From the NCBI GenBank assembly GCA_030149205.1, contig JASBSB010000005.1, forward strand, positions 1-32,000: a stretch of DNA of 32,000 nt, read 5' to 3'. Of this stretch, positions 18,381-28,396 are shown piece after piece; within the stretch, counting starts at the first letter, position 1, and every line of letters begins with the position of its first letter. The translations under genes and the position numbers were made by a program. The stretch comes from Candidatus Heimdallarchaeota archaeon (GTDB lineage Archaea > Asgardarchaeota > Heimdallarchaeia > Heimdallarchaeales > Kariarchaeaceae). Under the pieces are notes generated by a model that was not told the origin of the DNA, searched no databases, and worked only from the letters and a program-made list of their open reading frames with translations.

Positions 18381-19436
18381 TTGCTTGTGAAAGGTTTTTC
18401 ATACCTTGTTGAAGATGAAAAGGACTCTAAACAACTGGTACTGAAAACTTCTAAAATTCCGGTTTCGTTAATTATCGATCTGATCAAGAAAGATAAGACC
18501 TTTCATCAGATAAAAGAGCAATATTCCTCATTAACAGAGGTAGAGTTTCAGGAAACTTTGGATTTCATTAAATTCGAAAATGAAAGGTTGCTATTTGCCT
18601 TTGACAGTGTTCAAAAAACCTATAGAAATGTTGTGGCGTTGAAAAAACTCACATATAAGACTTCTGCCAGGTCAATTGGATTGTTTGGAAGGAATGGAAG
18701 TGGAAAATCAACACTGATCAAGCTCTTACTTGGACTGATAAAACCAGAGTCTGGAAGTGTGACCTTTAACTACTCAACTCAAGACCTAAGAGTTGTACCA
18801 GATTTCCCAAAGCTTCCAAGCCATTACTCTGTTAACAAATGGATGGAAACACTCGAGAATCTCTATGGACTTCCTGATATCAACGTTGATTTTGAGGGAT
18901 TATTTGATCTTAAGGGAGATGAGTTACTTGGTGAACTATCTGCTGGGCGATATCGTGTTGCTGCCCTACTGCCAATATTTTATGGCAAACCAAAGATCAT
19001 TATATTGGATGAACCCACCACCTTCTTAGATGCCGTGATGAAGGATTTGGTTCTCACTTTGATAAAAAGGCAGGTTGAGAAATATCAATCCAAGGTAATT
19101 ATCGCATCACATCAAATTGATGAGATCAATCTTTTTTCAGATGCTGTTCTTTTGTTGGATGATGGGTTGTTACTTGCTGAGATTCCCATGACTGATGATA
19201 TTGAGACCAAATATAGTATACGTGTGAGTGACACGATGGAATTTGAGGGGGTTCTAAAGAAGAACAAGATTAAGTATGAATTGAAGGAGACACGTTTTGG
19301 GTTCATGTTTGTGACCCCTTTGAATACAAAGCTTTGGACTGCCACAAGACAGTATCTCTCAAATGAGAAAATGATTTACTCAATAAAGAAAATTGACAAA
19401 CTACAGGAAAAACTGGGAGGGATTATAACTGAGTAA
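18381..19436 (+). CDS. DUF433-like HTH domain fused to an ABC transporter ATPase
   Basis: N-terminal KIPVSLIIDLIKKDKTFHQIKEQYSSLT...LDF; Walker A GRNGSGKS, signature LSAG, Walker B IIILDEPT, H-loop ASH. Confidence 0.85.
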   Translation: MLVKGFSYLVEDEKDSKQLVLKTSKIPVSLIIDLIKKDKTFHQIKEQYSSLTEVEFQETLDFIKFENERLLFAFDSVQKTYRNVVALKKLTYKTSARSIGLFGRNGSGKSTLIKLLLGLIKPESGSVTFNYSTQDLRVVPDFPKLPSHYSVNKWMETLENLYGLPDINVDFEGLFDLKGDELLGELSAGRYRVAALLPIFYGKPKIIILDEPTTFLDAVMKDLVLTLIKRQVEKYQSKVIIASHQIDEINLFSDAVLLLDDGLLLAEIPMTDDIETKYSIRVSDTMEFEGVLKKNKIKYELKETRFGFMFVTPLNTKLWTATRQYLSNEKMIYSIKKIDKLQEKLGGIITE

Positions 19437-19452
19437 AGGAGTATCAACAAAT

Positions 19453-20211
19453 ATGTTCACAGGTCTTCATAATTATATTCAGAATTATTCAGAATCTGAT
19501 AAATTTGAGAAGGAAGCAGTTAAGGCCCTCTTTTTTAAGTCTTACCTCAAAGAAATACTGATTCTTGTGCCCATGAGTCTTGGTTTCCTATTTTTTCTCT
19601 TTACTTCCTCCGACACGTACACCTCAGGGACATCCATTGTCACACAATTCGAATTGATGCGCAGTCGCTTGATATTTAGTTTTCTTGAGGGTGTTTTTGT
19701 TGGGATTACGGTTATTATAGCCATGGTACAGTTGATCCGTTGGATAAGCTCACAAAGTGATGGAAGCTTTGGATACTGGGTGGGTATCGGAGCTAAGAGA
19801 GAGAAAATTTTACGACATACCTTGATCTCGACGATCTATTTTTCAACTCTTGGTGTAATAATCGGGTTTATACTAGTATTCTCAATTGGTGGAATCTCAT
19901 TTGGTTCAATTGAAATTTTAGCTCTGTTGATAGCTACAGTGTCGAATATAATCACATGGCTATTAATTGGTTTAATTCTATCTCAGTTTATACAAAATCA
20001 GGTCTTGACACCAATACTCTTTCTTTTCTTGGCAGCAACAAATCTATATGCTCTAAGACCACTAAGTGAGGTATATAGGTACTTCCTCGCACCTCAATTT
20101 AACACAACCATTAACTCCCTCATGGTTGGTATATTACTAAGCTTACTGCTTAACATCCTTCTCTTTATGAGTACTTTGTGGGTACACAAAAGGAGTGAAC
20201 TTGTTCTATAG
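19453..20211 (+). CDS. ABC-2 type permease
   Basis: About six TM helices, SDGSFGYWVGIGAKREKI (EAA-like loop), directly after an ABC ATPase gene. Confidence 0.75.
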   Translation: MFTGLHNYIQNYSESDKFEKEAVKALFFKSYLKEILILVPMSLGFLFFLFTSSDTYTSGTSIVTQFELMRSRLIFSFLEGVFVGITVIIAMVQLIRWISSQSDGSFGYWVGIGAKREKILRHTLISTIYFSTLGVIIGFILVFSIGGISFGSIEILALLIATVSNIITWLLIGLILSQFIQNQVLTPILFLFLAATNLYALRPLSEVYRYFLAPQFNTTINSLMVGILLSLLLNILLFMSTLWVHKRSELVL

Positions 20212-20637
20212 GTGAATGTTATGAGGTACAAAAATATTGTTTTGGTATTGTTTATAATTTCTATCATTACCTTTCTCCCTGGATTCAAACCTAGTCAGAC
20301 CTATTCACTTGTTCCGAGCACTCCCAGATCTATAATTTTTGATGTGACATCACCAACTCTTGAGCTAACGCTGAGTCAAAATTCAGGTGTGTCGATAAAT
20401 CTATCCTATTATTTTGGTGGAAATGTGGTGCAGATCAAGCAGAATCTTAACTTTACAAACTCATTGGTTTTGGACAATCTGTCTCCAGGATTATATTATC
20501 TTCAGATTTTATCAAGTAACCTAAATGAAATTACTATTGGAAATTCTGGTATATATATTGCTCAAATTGGTGTCTTTGTTTTTCTTGGTTTGCTCAACCT
20601 CTATGTCTTTAATAAGGAGCTAAAGATACGATCCTGA
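20212..20637 (+). CDS. Small exported protein with a C-terminal TM anchor
   Basis: Signal-like N-terminus, beta-rich middle, C-terminal hydrophobic helix; abuts the permease stop codon. Confidence 0.7.
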   Translation: MNVMRYKNIVLVLFIISIITFLPGFKPSQTYSLVPSTPRSIIFDVTSPTLELTLSQNSGVSINLSYYFGGNVVQIKQNLNFTNSLVLDNLSPGLYYLQILSSNLNEITIGNSGIYIAQIGVFVFLGLLNLYVFNKELKIRS

Positions 20638-20789
20638 ATCAATTACAAATTTCCAGATCTTAAGACTGCTTTAATTGAGATTCCTCAACAAATAACAAAA
20701 AGGCTCTAAATTTACAGATGATTTAATTTTGAAGGCAAAATTTCTTTTTTGCCCTGAATTAGAGATTATTATTTGATGGTTGGGAATGC

Positions 20790-21644
20790 TTATCCACGAT
20801 ACTTATAGAACCCTTCTCCAGTCTTTATTCCTAGTTTTCCCTCTTCAACGAGCTTTACAAGTATGTTTGCTGGTTTGTAAGCTTCTCCAAGCTCTCTTTC
20901 CATGGTTCGTTGGCTTGCTAAGGCAACATCCAACCCTACCATATCTGCAAGTGTCAGTGGGCCAGCTGGAAAGTTAGCCCCTAACATAAGTGCCTGATCT
21001 ATATCTTCCTTAGTTGCGACTTCTTCGTCTAAGAGTTTAGCAGCTTCGTTTAGTGAGGGTAATAAGACCCTGTTCACAATAAATCCGGGTGAGTCTTTTG
21101 CAACAATTGGAACTTTTTTGAGTGTTGTCACAAATCCTTTGGCTGACTCTACAACCATATCACTGGTCTCTTTACCCTTGATAACTTCAACTAATCTCAT
21201 AGCAGCTGGTGGATTGAAAAAATGTAACCCTAAAACTCTCTGTGGATTTTTCACAACTTCAGCAATCTTAGAGATAGATAAGGTGCTTGTGTTACTAGCG
21301 AGTATAGTGTTTTCATCTGCAAATTTTGATAGCTCTGAAAACACCTCATGCTTTACATTCATGTCTTCAAAAACTGCCTCAATAACCAGATTAGCCCCTT
21401 TGACAGCCTCTTCTACTGACAATGTAGATTTAATTCTTGAAAATACTTTTTCACCCTCTGCAGGTGTGAGCTTTTTCCTTTCAATTCCGTCCATCAATGC
21501 TTTTCTGATCTTGTCCAACCCAGCATCAAGGAATCTCTGTTCCTTATCCAGAATGGTCACATTAATTCCTGCAACAGCAGACACATAGGCAATTCCAGAT
21601 CCCATTGCACCGGTACCAATAACAACTAGATTTTTGATTTCCAT
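20790..21644 (-). CDS. hbd: 3-hydroxyacyl-CoA (3-hydroxybutyryl-CoA) dehydrogenase
   Basis: GTGAMGSGIA Rossmann motif, EAVFE, LASNTS, catalytic GLHFFNP, PGFIVNR and GKLGIKTGEGFY. Confidence 0.95.
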   Translation of the reverse strand: MEIKNLVVIGTGAMGSGIAYVSAVAGINVTILDKEQRFLDAGLDKIRKALMDGIERKKLTPAEGEKVFSRIKSTLSVEEAVKGANLVIEAVFEDMNVKHEVFSELSKFADENTILASNTSTLSISKIAEVVKNPQRVLGLHFFNPPAAMRLVEVIKGKETSDMVVESAKGFVTTLKKVPIVAKDSPGFIVNRVLLPSLNEAAKLLDEEVATKEDIDQALMLGANFPAGPLTLADMVGLDVALASQRTMERELGEAYKPANILVKLVEEGKLGIKTGEGFYKYRG

Positions 21645-21897
21645 GAGGTATGATGTTATCTTCTATTTATTTAACTTAAGAAAACAATCAAAACAAGATT
21701 CTTAAATTCTTATATTTTTTTATCAATTTTAGGGTGTCTATCATACATGGAATCCTGCTATAATACCTTAGATACTAAATAAATAGGCTAATTAAACAGA
21801 ATTTTCTCTCAAATTATCAATACTTTACTCTGATCAAAACTGGTCAGAACACTGTTCTACTCCCTATCTTAATAAACTATCAAGAGGAATAACGAGT

Positions 21898-23562
21898 ATG
21901 CAATCAATAAGAAAGTTCTTTCTCTTTGGAGTCCCCATCAAGCAGATTTCAGTAGTTTTTTTACTGTCTGGATTGTTGATGACTGGAGTAGTTTTCTTAA
22001 CAGATAATAATTTGATTCCTAAATATGCATCACATTATTATCCCGCTCCATATTTTTCAAATGTGATACAGGTCAACAGTGCTTTATACTGGATAGAATT
22101 GAACAGTTCTGGTTCTTTCAATTTGTCGTTTGATCTTCATTCAAGAAATCTACAAAGCAACATTAGCACAGTTTCTAAACTCGTGGGACTGAATACAGGG
22201 ATGATCCTTGCAAATACAACATCAATTAATTTTCAATTCAAATTACTACCGTATGGTGTCAATGCTTTCCTTATTCTAATGCAACAATATCATAATTATG
22301 ACTCATTTCGTAGTTTTGTTTATCCAACAGAGACTCCATATTCAATGGATATTCTGCCAGTTCATATACTAAGTTCTGGAGATTTAAATTTTGGAACGCT
22401 GACCTTAATCAACAAAACACGGTCCCTTCAATTTAATCTATTTTCAAACTTCAATAATTATTTGAATAAAGAGATACTTCTGACCTTTAGTAATGGTTCT
22501 GAACCAAGAACTCATTATATGTTCACGTCATCATTATTTCAAAAAATATTAAGTACCTCAACTGAAGGGTCTGTGTATTTACCACCTTTTGAAATCGCCA
22601 CAAAGCTATCAACACAGTTTATTCAATTAGATTCTTTTATTCAAAAAGAGGCACATGTTTCAAATATCTCAAAAATTTCATCAATCAATCTTATAGATGC
22701 TAGAGTAAAATTAATCGATAGCTACGGAAGAATCCATTTCTTCGGGCAAGGAATAATTAAAGATGAAACTGAGGGAACTTTGGCAGCATTAAATGTGCCA
22801 GATTATGCTGTATTAATTCCCAGTACAAATAATGTTCAGTATTGGCAATTGCTACCAAATTTTTTCAAGTCTGTAAATTATAACAATTTCTATCCTAGAA
22901 CAGTCTCACTTTTTCAGCTAAATTCAAGTATAATGGTATCTTTTATATCTCCAGATGTAAATGGTTTTTACAACAATTTGAGGTTCTGGGAGAAATCCTC
23001 TACTTACAATTACACTCAATACATGGATTATTCGAAGTCAAATAGTTTCCAAATTTCCTTCTTTGATCCTCTAAATATTACACACTCAATGAATATTTCA
23101 TTTACAGGGAATCGGACAACTTTTCCTCGGTTAAGTTCTTCTCATGTGATTCTAAGGGATATTTATAATACCCAAACCTTTCATTCTTTTGCGTATTCTT
23201 ACTATTTACTATCATCAATCCCTGGAAATTCAGAGACTCAATTCTACTTAACCATTAAATTAAACAAGGAAAACAGCTCATACGTCCCGATAACTGATTC
23301 TGTTACCCAGAACAAGGTTTTAACACTTGTTCGATTCAATGTATCTAAAAATTATCAAACAGGTCCCATAGTAACGAGAGACATATTGTATACACCTAAA
23401 ACAACTAATTCTTCATCTCAGCTCCGTCATTCCGGTGGAATAAACATTGGTAGTTTATTTCTAATTGCAAAAAATAATAAATCTCTCATTTTAATATACT
23501 TTGATTATTCCTCTGAGGGAAGTTCCATGGCTATGATAGTAATTTGGGGGATTAAAACCTGA
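21898..23562 (+). CDS. Hypothetical N-terminally anchored extracellular protein
   Basis: 554-aa ORF, one N-terminal hydrophobic helix, Asn/Ser-rich with many sequons; no family recognised. Confidence 0.7.
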   Translation: MQSIRKFFLFGVPIKQISVVFLLSGLLMTGVVFLTDNNLIPKYASHYYPAPYFSNVIQVNSALYWIELNSSGSFNLSFDLHSRNLQSNISTVSKLVGLNTGMILANTTSINFQFKLLPYGVNAFLILMQQYHNYDSFRSFVYPTETPYSMDILPVHILSSGDLNFGTLTLINKTRSLQFNLFSNFNNYLNKEILLTFSNGSEPRTHYMFTSSLFQKILSTSTEGSVYLPPFEIATKLSTQFIQLDSFIQKEAHVSNISKISSINLIDARVKLIDSYGRIHFFGQGIIKDETEGTLAALNVPDYAVLIPSTNNVQYWQLLPNFFKSVNYNNFYPRTVSLFQLNSSIMVSFISPDVNGFYNNLRFWEKSSTYNYTQYMDYSKSNSFQISFFDPLNITHSMNISFTGNRTTFPRLSSSHVILRDIYNTQTFHSFAYSYYLLSSIPGNSETQFYLTIKLNKENSSYVPITDSVTQNKVLTLVRFNVSKNYQTGPIVTRDILYTPKTTNSSSQLRHSGGINIGSLFLIAKNNKSLILIYFDYSSEGSSMAMIVIWGIKT

Positions 23563-23636
23563 AAATAGATAAACCTAAAGTACAGAATATAGCTACTTCT
23601 AAGGACGACCTATATCCTGATGAGCAAAACTTACCT

Positions 23637-24074
23637 GTGATTCAAAAGGATGTGAGAGGTAAAACGCTTGAGGTTTATTATTTCTTAACATCACATCCTG
23701 ATACAGAATTTGGTGTTAGAGAAATCCAACGGGAATTGAACTACTCCTCACCATCTGTGGCATCTTACCATCTGTCAAGATTGTATAACTTCCATTTAGT
23801 TGAAAAAAATGAGAACGGGAGATACTTTGTCAAGAAGAAGGATCCATTGGTTCTCGGTGAGCTTGCAGATCATATCCGGGTTGCAGAATGGTCTATTCCT
23901 ACTTTGGTTGTGTATGTGTTTTTTGGCGTTTTTGCTATTTTAATAGCAATAGCGTTTTTTGTGGTTAAGATGCCCAATGAATCCTGGTTCGTATTTGTGT
24001 TATTCTACAACCTGATTTTCATTTTTTGGGTTATTCGTGACGTAATGAGGTACTACAAGAAAATAGAACAGTGA
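23637..24074 (+). CDS. Winged helix-turn-helix protein with two C-terminal TM helices
   Basis: RGKTLEVYYFL...GVREIQRELNYSSPSVASYHLSRL...LVEK..GRY, followed by two hydrophobic helices. Confidence 0.85.
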   Translation: MIQKDVRGKTLEVYYFLTSHPDTEFGVREIQRELNYSSPSVASYHLSRLYNFHLVEKNENGRYFVKKKDPLVLGELADHIRVAEWSIPTLVVYVFFGVFAILIAIAFFVVKMPNESWFVFVLFYNLIFIFWVIRDVMRYYKKIEQ

Positions 24075-24171
24075 AAATGTAGGGGTTATCTTTTATTCTA
24101 TTACAAAATTAGATACATTATCATCTTATAATCTGAAAACGATTTTATATCAGTAATACTTTACAAATGTA

Positions 24172-25269
24172 GTGGAATGGCAGGAATTTAATCTGGGAGT
24201 CTATAATCTTATAAATGGAGAAATTGCCCCAAATTCTCTGCTCCAGAAACTAATAGAGTCATTCTCTAAGACATATTCAATTAAAGATGTCTTGATTGTT
24301 AAGGATAACAAGAACTCCATCACTGTGTTCAGTGGAAAGTATCCTCATTGGCAGGATATTTACAATTTTGGTGTAACCTACAAGGATATTTATTCAACCC
24401 TATCAGAGTTCTCCTTACTTACCAATGAATCTCATGAGGGTATCAAATTTTATACTGAGAGAAGAGTGTTTAAGCTGGTAAACAGATATTATCAACCTCT
24501 TCTAAAAACCGAGAAAACGACCTTATCTGAGGAGTACATTATTCTTGCAGTTTTAGGGTCTCAAGATTCAGTCATTCAACTTCTTCCCACCTCAGAAAAA
24601 TCCCTTGGACTGATAACCATACTTCAGATAATTTCTGTGTACCAACAAAATTTAATCCTAAAAGACCTGTTAAATTATTTTGCTAACGAGTTAATTGATG
24701 CCTATAAAGTTATTCCGTTTCATCTTCGCGAGGTTGACAAATCAAGAATTACACCCGAACAGATGGATGAGATTATTCCTGTCGCATATACAGCCTATTT
24801 TAATGAACAACTTGGCCCCACTGCCTTTGTTTCCTCTCCCAGAAATTACAATATGGTCAATCTTTCGCGTCAGCTTGTCTCAAGTTACACAGTTATAGAT
24901 TTTGATTTTGTCATTGAGGCGGAGTTCATATTAAACACCAGTCAGCAGGTTGTTCCAGAGAAAGGAGAGTTTCTCTCCTTGTTCTTTGTAAGGGATACAT
25001 CTGAGGCTAGGGCAGGAAAAGAACTTCATTCAATGAACGTGATTATCAATGAAAAATACAACTTTCAACTGTTACAGACAATGCCCCTGATAAAAGCAAA
25101 CCTTATGGTTTTTGGGAAGCATTATAAGCAGATGATATCTGAATTACCCACATTAATAGATAAACTTGACAAAGGTGAGAAAGAAACACTAAAGTCTCGG
25201 ATTTCAGATTTATTGTTTGAGCTACGAAGGGACCTTGCAACACATATAATTAAAATAATTGAAGGTTAA
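24172..25269 (+). CDS. Hypothetical protein with a C-terminal uDENN/longin-like (folliculin-type) domain
   Basis: VAYTAYFNEQLGPTAF and FLSLFFVRDTSEARAGKELHSMNVII segments. Confidence 0.75.
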   Translation: MEWQEFNLGVYNLINGEIAPNSLLQKLIESFSKTYSIKDVLIVKDNKNSITVFSGKYPHWQDIYNFGVTYKDIYSTLSEFSLLTNESHEGIKFYTERRVFKLVNRYYQPLLKTEKTTLSEEYIILAVLGSQDSVIQLLPTSEKSLGLITILQIISVYQQNLILKDLLNYFANELIDAYKVIPFHLREVDKSRITPEQMDEIIPVAYTAYFNEQLGPTAFVSSPRNYNMVNLSRQLVSSYTVIDFDFVIEAEFILNTSQQVVPEKGEFLSLFFVRDTSEARAGKELHSMNVIINEKYNFQLLQTMPLIKANLMVFGKHYKQMISELPTLIDKLDKGEKETLKSRISDLLFELRRDLATHIIKIIEG

Positions 25270-25817
25270 AACTCTAAATCATCCCAAAGGTCTTTATTTT
25301 TTTGTCTGCGCTTTTTGCGGTCTTCAAGAACAGTTTCAACCTTTTCTTTTGGAACCTCATTAAACTCAAGATCACCCAGATCGAGTGCTTCCTCTAAAGT
25401 GAGATTCTCTGTAGACCCTTTCTGTTCTTTTCTCTTCTTTCGCCTCTTAAAAACTCCTCTTATCCCGCTTGGTTCTTCCTTTGTGTCTCTTTTACTCTTC
25501 TCTTTCGGTTTTTTAAAGGTGCCAGTTAGTTCTGCCTGTGGTGTTGATGGTAAATCTGTCTGTTCATCACCATCTCTAAATATATCTGCTGTGGCACCTG
25601 GTGCATACATGTCAAGGGAGTTAATAATTTCTTTTGCTAACAGCTTTAAAGTTGGATTAAGGCTTGTTTGGTTTTGGGCAAAGTGGGTTTTAACCTCATT
25701 CAAAAAATGGATACCTGTATCAAAATCTCTAGATACAAAGCCAGATATTGCCTGTATTATGAAAAGCCTCATCATTTTATCAACAATCGATCTGTCTCCA
25801 GCTTTCTGATTATACAT
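25266..25817 (-). CDS. Hypothetical protein with a helical N-terminus and a charged low-complexity tail
   Basis: 183-aa ORF with an ATG start, K/E/R-rich C-terminal half; 4-nt convergent stop overlap. Confidence 0.65.
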   Translation of the reverse strand: MYNQKAGDRSIVDKMMRLFIIQAISGFVSRDFDTGIHFLNEVKTHFAQNQTSLNPTLKLLAKEIINSLDMYAPGATADIFRDGDEQTDLPSTPQAELTGTFKKPKEKSKRDTKEEPSGIRGVFKRRKKRKEQKGSTENLTLEEALDLGDLEFNEVPKEKVETVLEDRKKRRQKNKDLWDDLEF

Positions 25818-25954
25818 TTAGTCACTTCCTTGTTTAGGTATATAGTGGACTTATTTAAATCTTCCATTAGAAAGTTTTGAAGATTCAGTTAAAAATTAAA
25901 TAATTCTTGACCTTGAGAATACGATTTATAATTATTGATTTTTGGACTATCTTC

Positions 25955-26905
25955 ATGAGAATCGTTATTGCACTGGGAGGAAATATGATTGTCGAGGGCA
26001 AAAGTACTGGTACGTATCAAGAGCAGAAAGCTAAGTTAGAAAAGAGTGCAAAAGTTATAGTTGATCTTCTCAAGATGGGACATGATCTGATCTTAACTCA
26101 TGGAAATGGCCCACAGGTGGGTAATTTGCTTCTACAACAGGCAAGCATTTCTACTGTTCCAGCATTACCCCTTAGAATTTTAGGAGCAATGACGCAGGCA
26201 CAAATTGGAGTTATGCTTGAATTGGCTCTCAAAAATGAGCTATTAAACTCAAAGGATGCGAATTTATCAGAAAAAGAGGTAATTGTGGTACCAACTTCAG
26301 TCCTGGTCAATTCTGACGACCCTAGCTTTCAGGATCCCACCAAACCTATTGGACCTTTCTTTGATGAGAATCAATTCACAAAAATCAAGATCGGTGAGGA
26401 TGAGATATATAAGACCTTTAATTTAGGATACAGACGTGTTGTTCCCTCTCCAGACCCAGTTGATATTATTGAGAGGCAGTTGATCGAAAGTTTATCTAAA
26501 GCAGGAAATCTGGTAATTGCTGTTGGAGGTGGGGGAACCCCTGTAGTTAGCAAAAAAGGAAAACTTGAACCTGTAGATGCAGTAATTGATAAGGATAGAG
26601 CCTCAAGCCTTCTGGCAAGAGAGATCCATGCTGATGGTTTATTGATATTGACGAATGTTGATGGGGTTTACAAAAGATTTGGGTCTGCTGAACAAAAACT
26701 GATCTCAAAACTAGATAGAATGATTGTTGATGACTTAGAAAAGGATGGGGAGCTGCAATCTGGAACAATTAAACCTAAAGTTTATGCCTGCCAAACCTTT
26801 GTTGAAAATGGGGGGAAATTTGCAATTATCACATCTCCTGACAAAGCTCTAAAAGCCTTAACCGGTAAAGCTGGGACGATTTATGGTACACCAATAGAAA
26901 TTTGA
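25955..26905 (+). CDS. arcC: Carbamate kinase
   Basis: ALGGN, THGNGPQVG, AMTQAQIG, DPSFQDPTKPIGPF, YRRVVPSPDP, GGGGTPV and DAVIDKD; start reassigned to MRIVIALGG. Confidence 0.95.
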   Translation: MRIVIALGGNMIVEGKSTGTYQEQKAKLEKSAKVIVDLLKMGHDLILTHGNGPQVGNLLLQQASISTVPALPLRILGAMTQAQIGVMLELALKNELLNSKDANLSEKEVIVVPTSVLVNSDDPSFQDPTKPIGPFFDENQFTKIKIGEDEIYKTFNLGYRRVVPSPDPVDIIERQLIESLSKAGNLVIAVGGGGTPVVSKKGKLEPVDAVIDKDRASSLLAREIHADGLLILTNVDGVYKRFGSAEQKLISKLDRMIVDDLEKDGELQSGTIKPKVYACQTFVENGGKFAIITSPDKALKALTGKAGTIYGTPIEI

Positions 26906-27063
26906 GATCAGAGTACTCATCTTACAATTAGGGTAATTCTATTGAATTAAAATTAAAGATTATGGGTTTTTGCAAAACCCTTCAACAATACCTCAGGTAT
27001 AATCTACAACTAGAACAGTCTAAAATCCGAACAATTTTAAAATATGACAATATATCTCTATTT

Positions 27064-27480
27064 ATGCTTTTGAATGACTCAGAAATCAAAAAATTATTAG
27101 AAGAAGCCGAAGTTGTTGCTGTTTACGGTTGCTCTACTAATCCATCAAAACCATCTCACGAGGTTCCAGAATTCCTACAAAACAAGGGGTATAAAATAAT
27201 TCCAATGAATCCTAAGGCTGAAAATATACTAGGAGAAAAAGTAATACGACAACTTAAGGATCTTCCTAAGGATGTTGATATTATTGATGTCTTTAGACCA
27301 AGTGAAGAAGCTAAAGAAGTTGTACGAGAGATAGTGAGCCTTGGTTTAAAACCAAAAGCTATTTGGTTGCAGCTTGGTATAAAGCATCCTGAAGCTGAAA
27401 AACTGGCCAATGATGCTAACATCCCAATTATTATGGATAAATGTATGAAAATTGAGTATAACAAACATTTCACCAAGTAA
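27064..27480 (+). CDS. CoA-binding protein (YccU-like)
   Basis: VAVYGCSTNPSKPS, GYKIIPMNP, DIIDVFRPS, WLQLGI and MDKCMKIE; start reassigned to MLLND. Confidence 0.9.
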   Translation: MLLNDSEIKKLLEEAEVVAVYGCSTNPSKPSHEVPEFLQNKGYKIIPMNPKAENILGEKVIRQLKDLPKDVDIIDVFRPSEEAKEVVREIVSLGLKPKAIWLQLGIKHPEAEKLANDANIPIIMDKCMKIEYNKHFTK

Positions 27481-27526
27481 TTCACACAGACAAAGTATTT
27501 ATTAAAATTCAAATCTACCGTTTCAT

Positions 27527-28258
27527 GTGTTCAATCTCTTTCGACCAAATCTTCCAGAAAGAAAATACAAAAAATACACCAAAGAAGAACTAGAATTAAG
27601 AAAAAGTTGGATTGAAAGACGGGGAAATCAGAAACTTATTGTGTTACATACCTACCATTCCATCGTAGATTCTTTGGTACCAATCCTGATTACTGGATTC
27701 TTAATGAGTTCAGTGGTAGGAGTGATCGTCGCATATTTCGCAAGAAATCTTACAGCAGTCTTTATTTCAATGCTTATTGTCTTTATCATCATAACTTCAC
27801 TAAGAAACAAAGAATTTTCACTTATTGAATTTGACTTAAATGATAATATCTTTTATTACAAGGGGATTATTGAAATTGGTGGTGAACCACGCTTTACGGA
27901 TTATCTGGGACCATTAGAAGCAGTCGAAGGGGTCGAAATTATTCGTACTGGAAAAATCCGCAAGAATTGGGAAACAAGATTTATTACGTCCTCTGGCTAT
28001 TTGAGGCTTCCTTGGCCACTACCCACAGAAGTTGTCACATATTTAAACAATAAAAAAATTCTAACTGAAGCTTTCACAATACCTGATGAGCCCATTGAAA
28101 AAAAATATGGACGTGAAATTTTCTACAGAAACATTATAGATAGAACTGAGTTCTACAAAGAATTGAGAGCTTTAAAGGAAAAGGAAAAGGGACTCCGAAT
28201 GCAAGAAAGAATAGAGAAAGGAAAGATAGATGATAATTCACCATCTCCAGAAGAATAG
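27527..28258 (+). CDS. Hypothetical two-TM membrane protein
   Basis: 243-aa ORF with a GTG start, two hydrophobic helices and a charged C-terminal domain. Confidence 0.7.
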   Translation: MFNLFRPNLPERKYKKYTKEELELRKSWIERRGNQKLIVLHTYHSIVDSLVPILITGFLMSSVVGVIVAYFARNLTAVFISMLIVFIIITSLRNKEFSLIEFDLNDNIFYYKGIIEIGGEPRFTDYLGPLEAVEGVEIIRTGKIRKNWETRFITSSGYLRLPWPLPTEVVTYLNNKKILTEAFTIPDEPIEKKYGREIFYRNIIDRTEFYKELRALKEKEKGLRMQERIEKGKIDDNSPSPEE

Positions 28259-28396
28259 GTCATAAATCAGAATCCCTTTCAATAAAATTCTATTTCTTGT
28301 GCGTTTCAGACTTTTGAATCGAATAATTTTAGTCTAACGCGTAGTATCATGGTTTTTATGATAAATCTAAAAAAGAATATTTTATGAAGATAGAAT

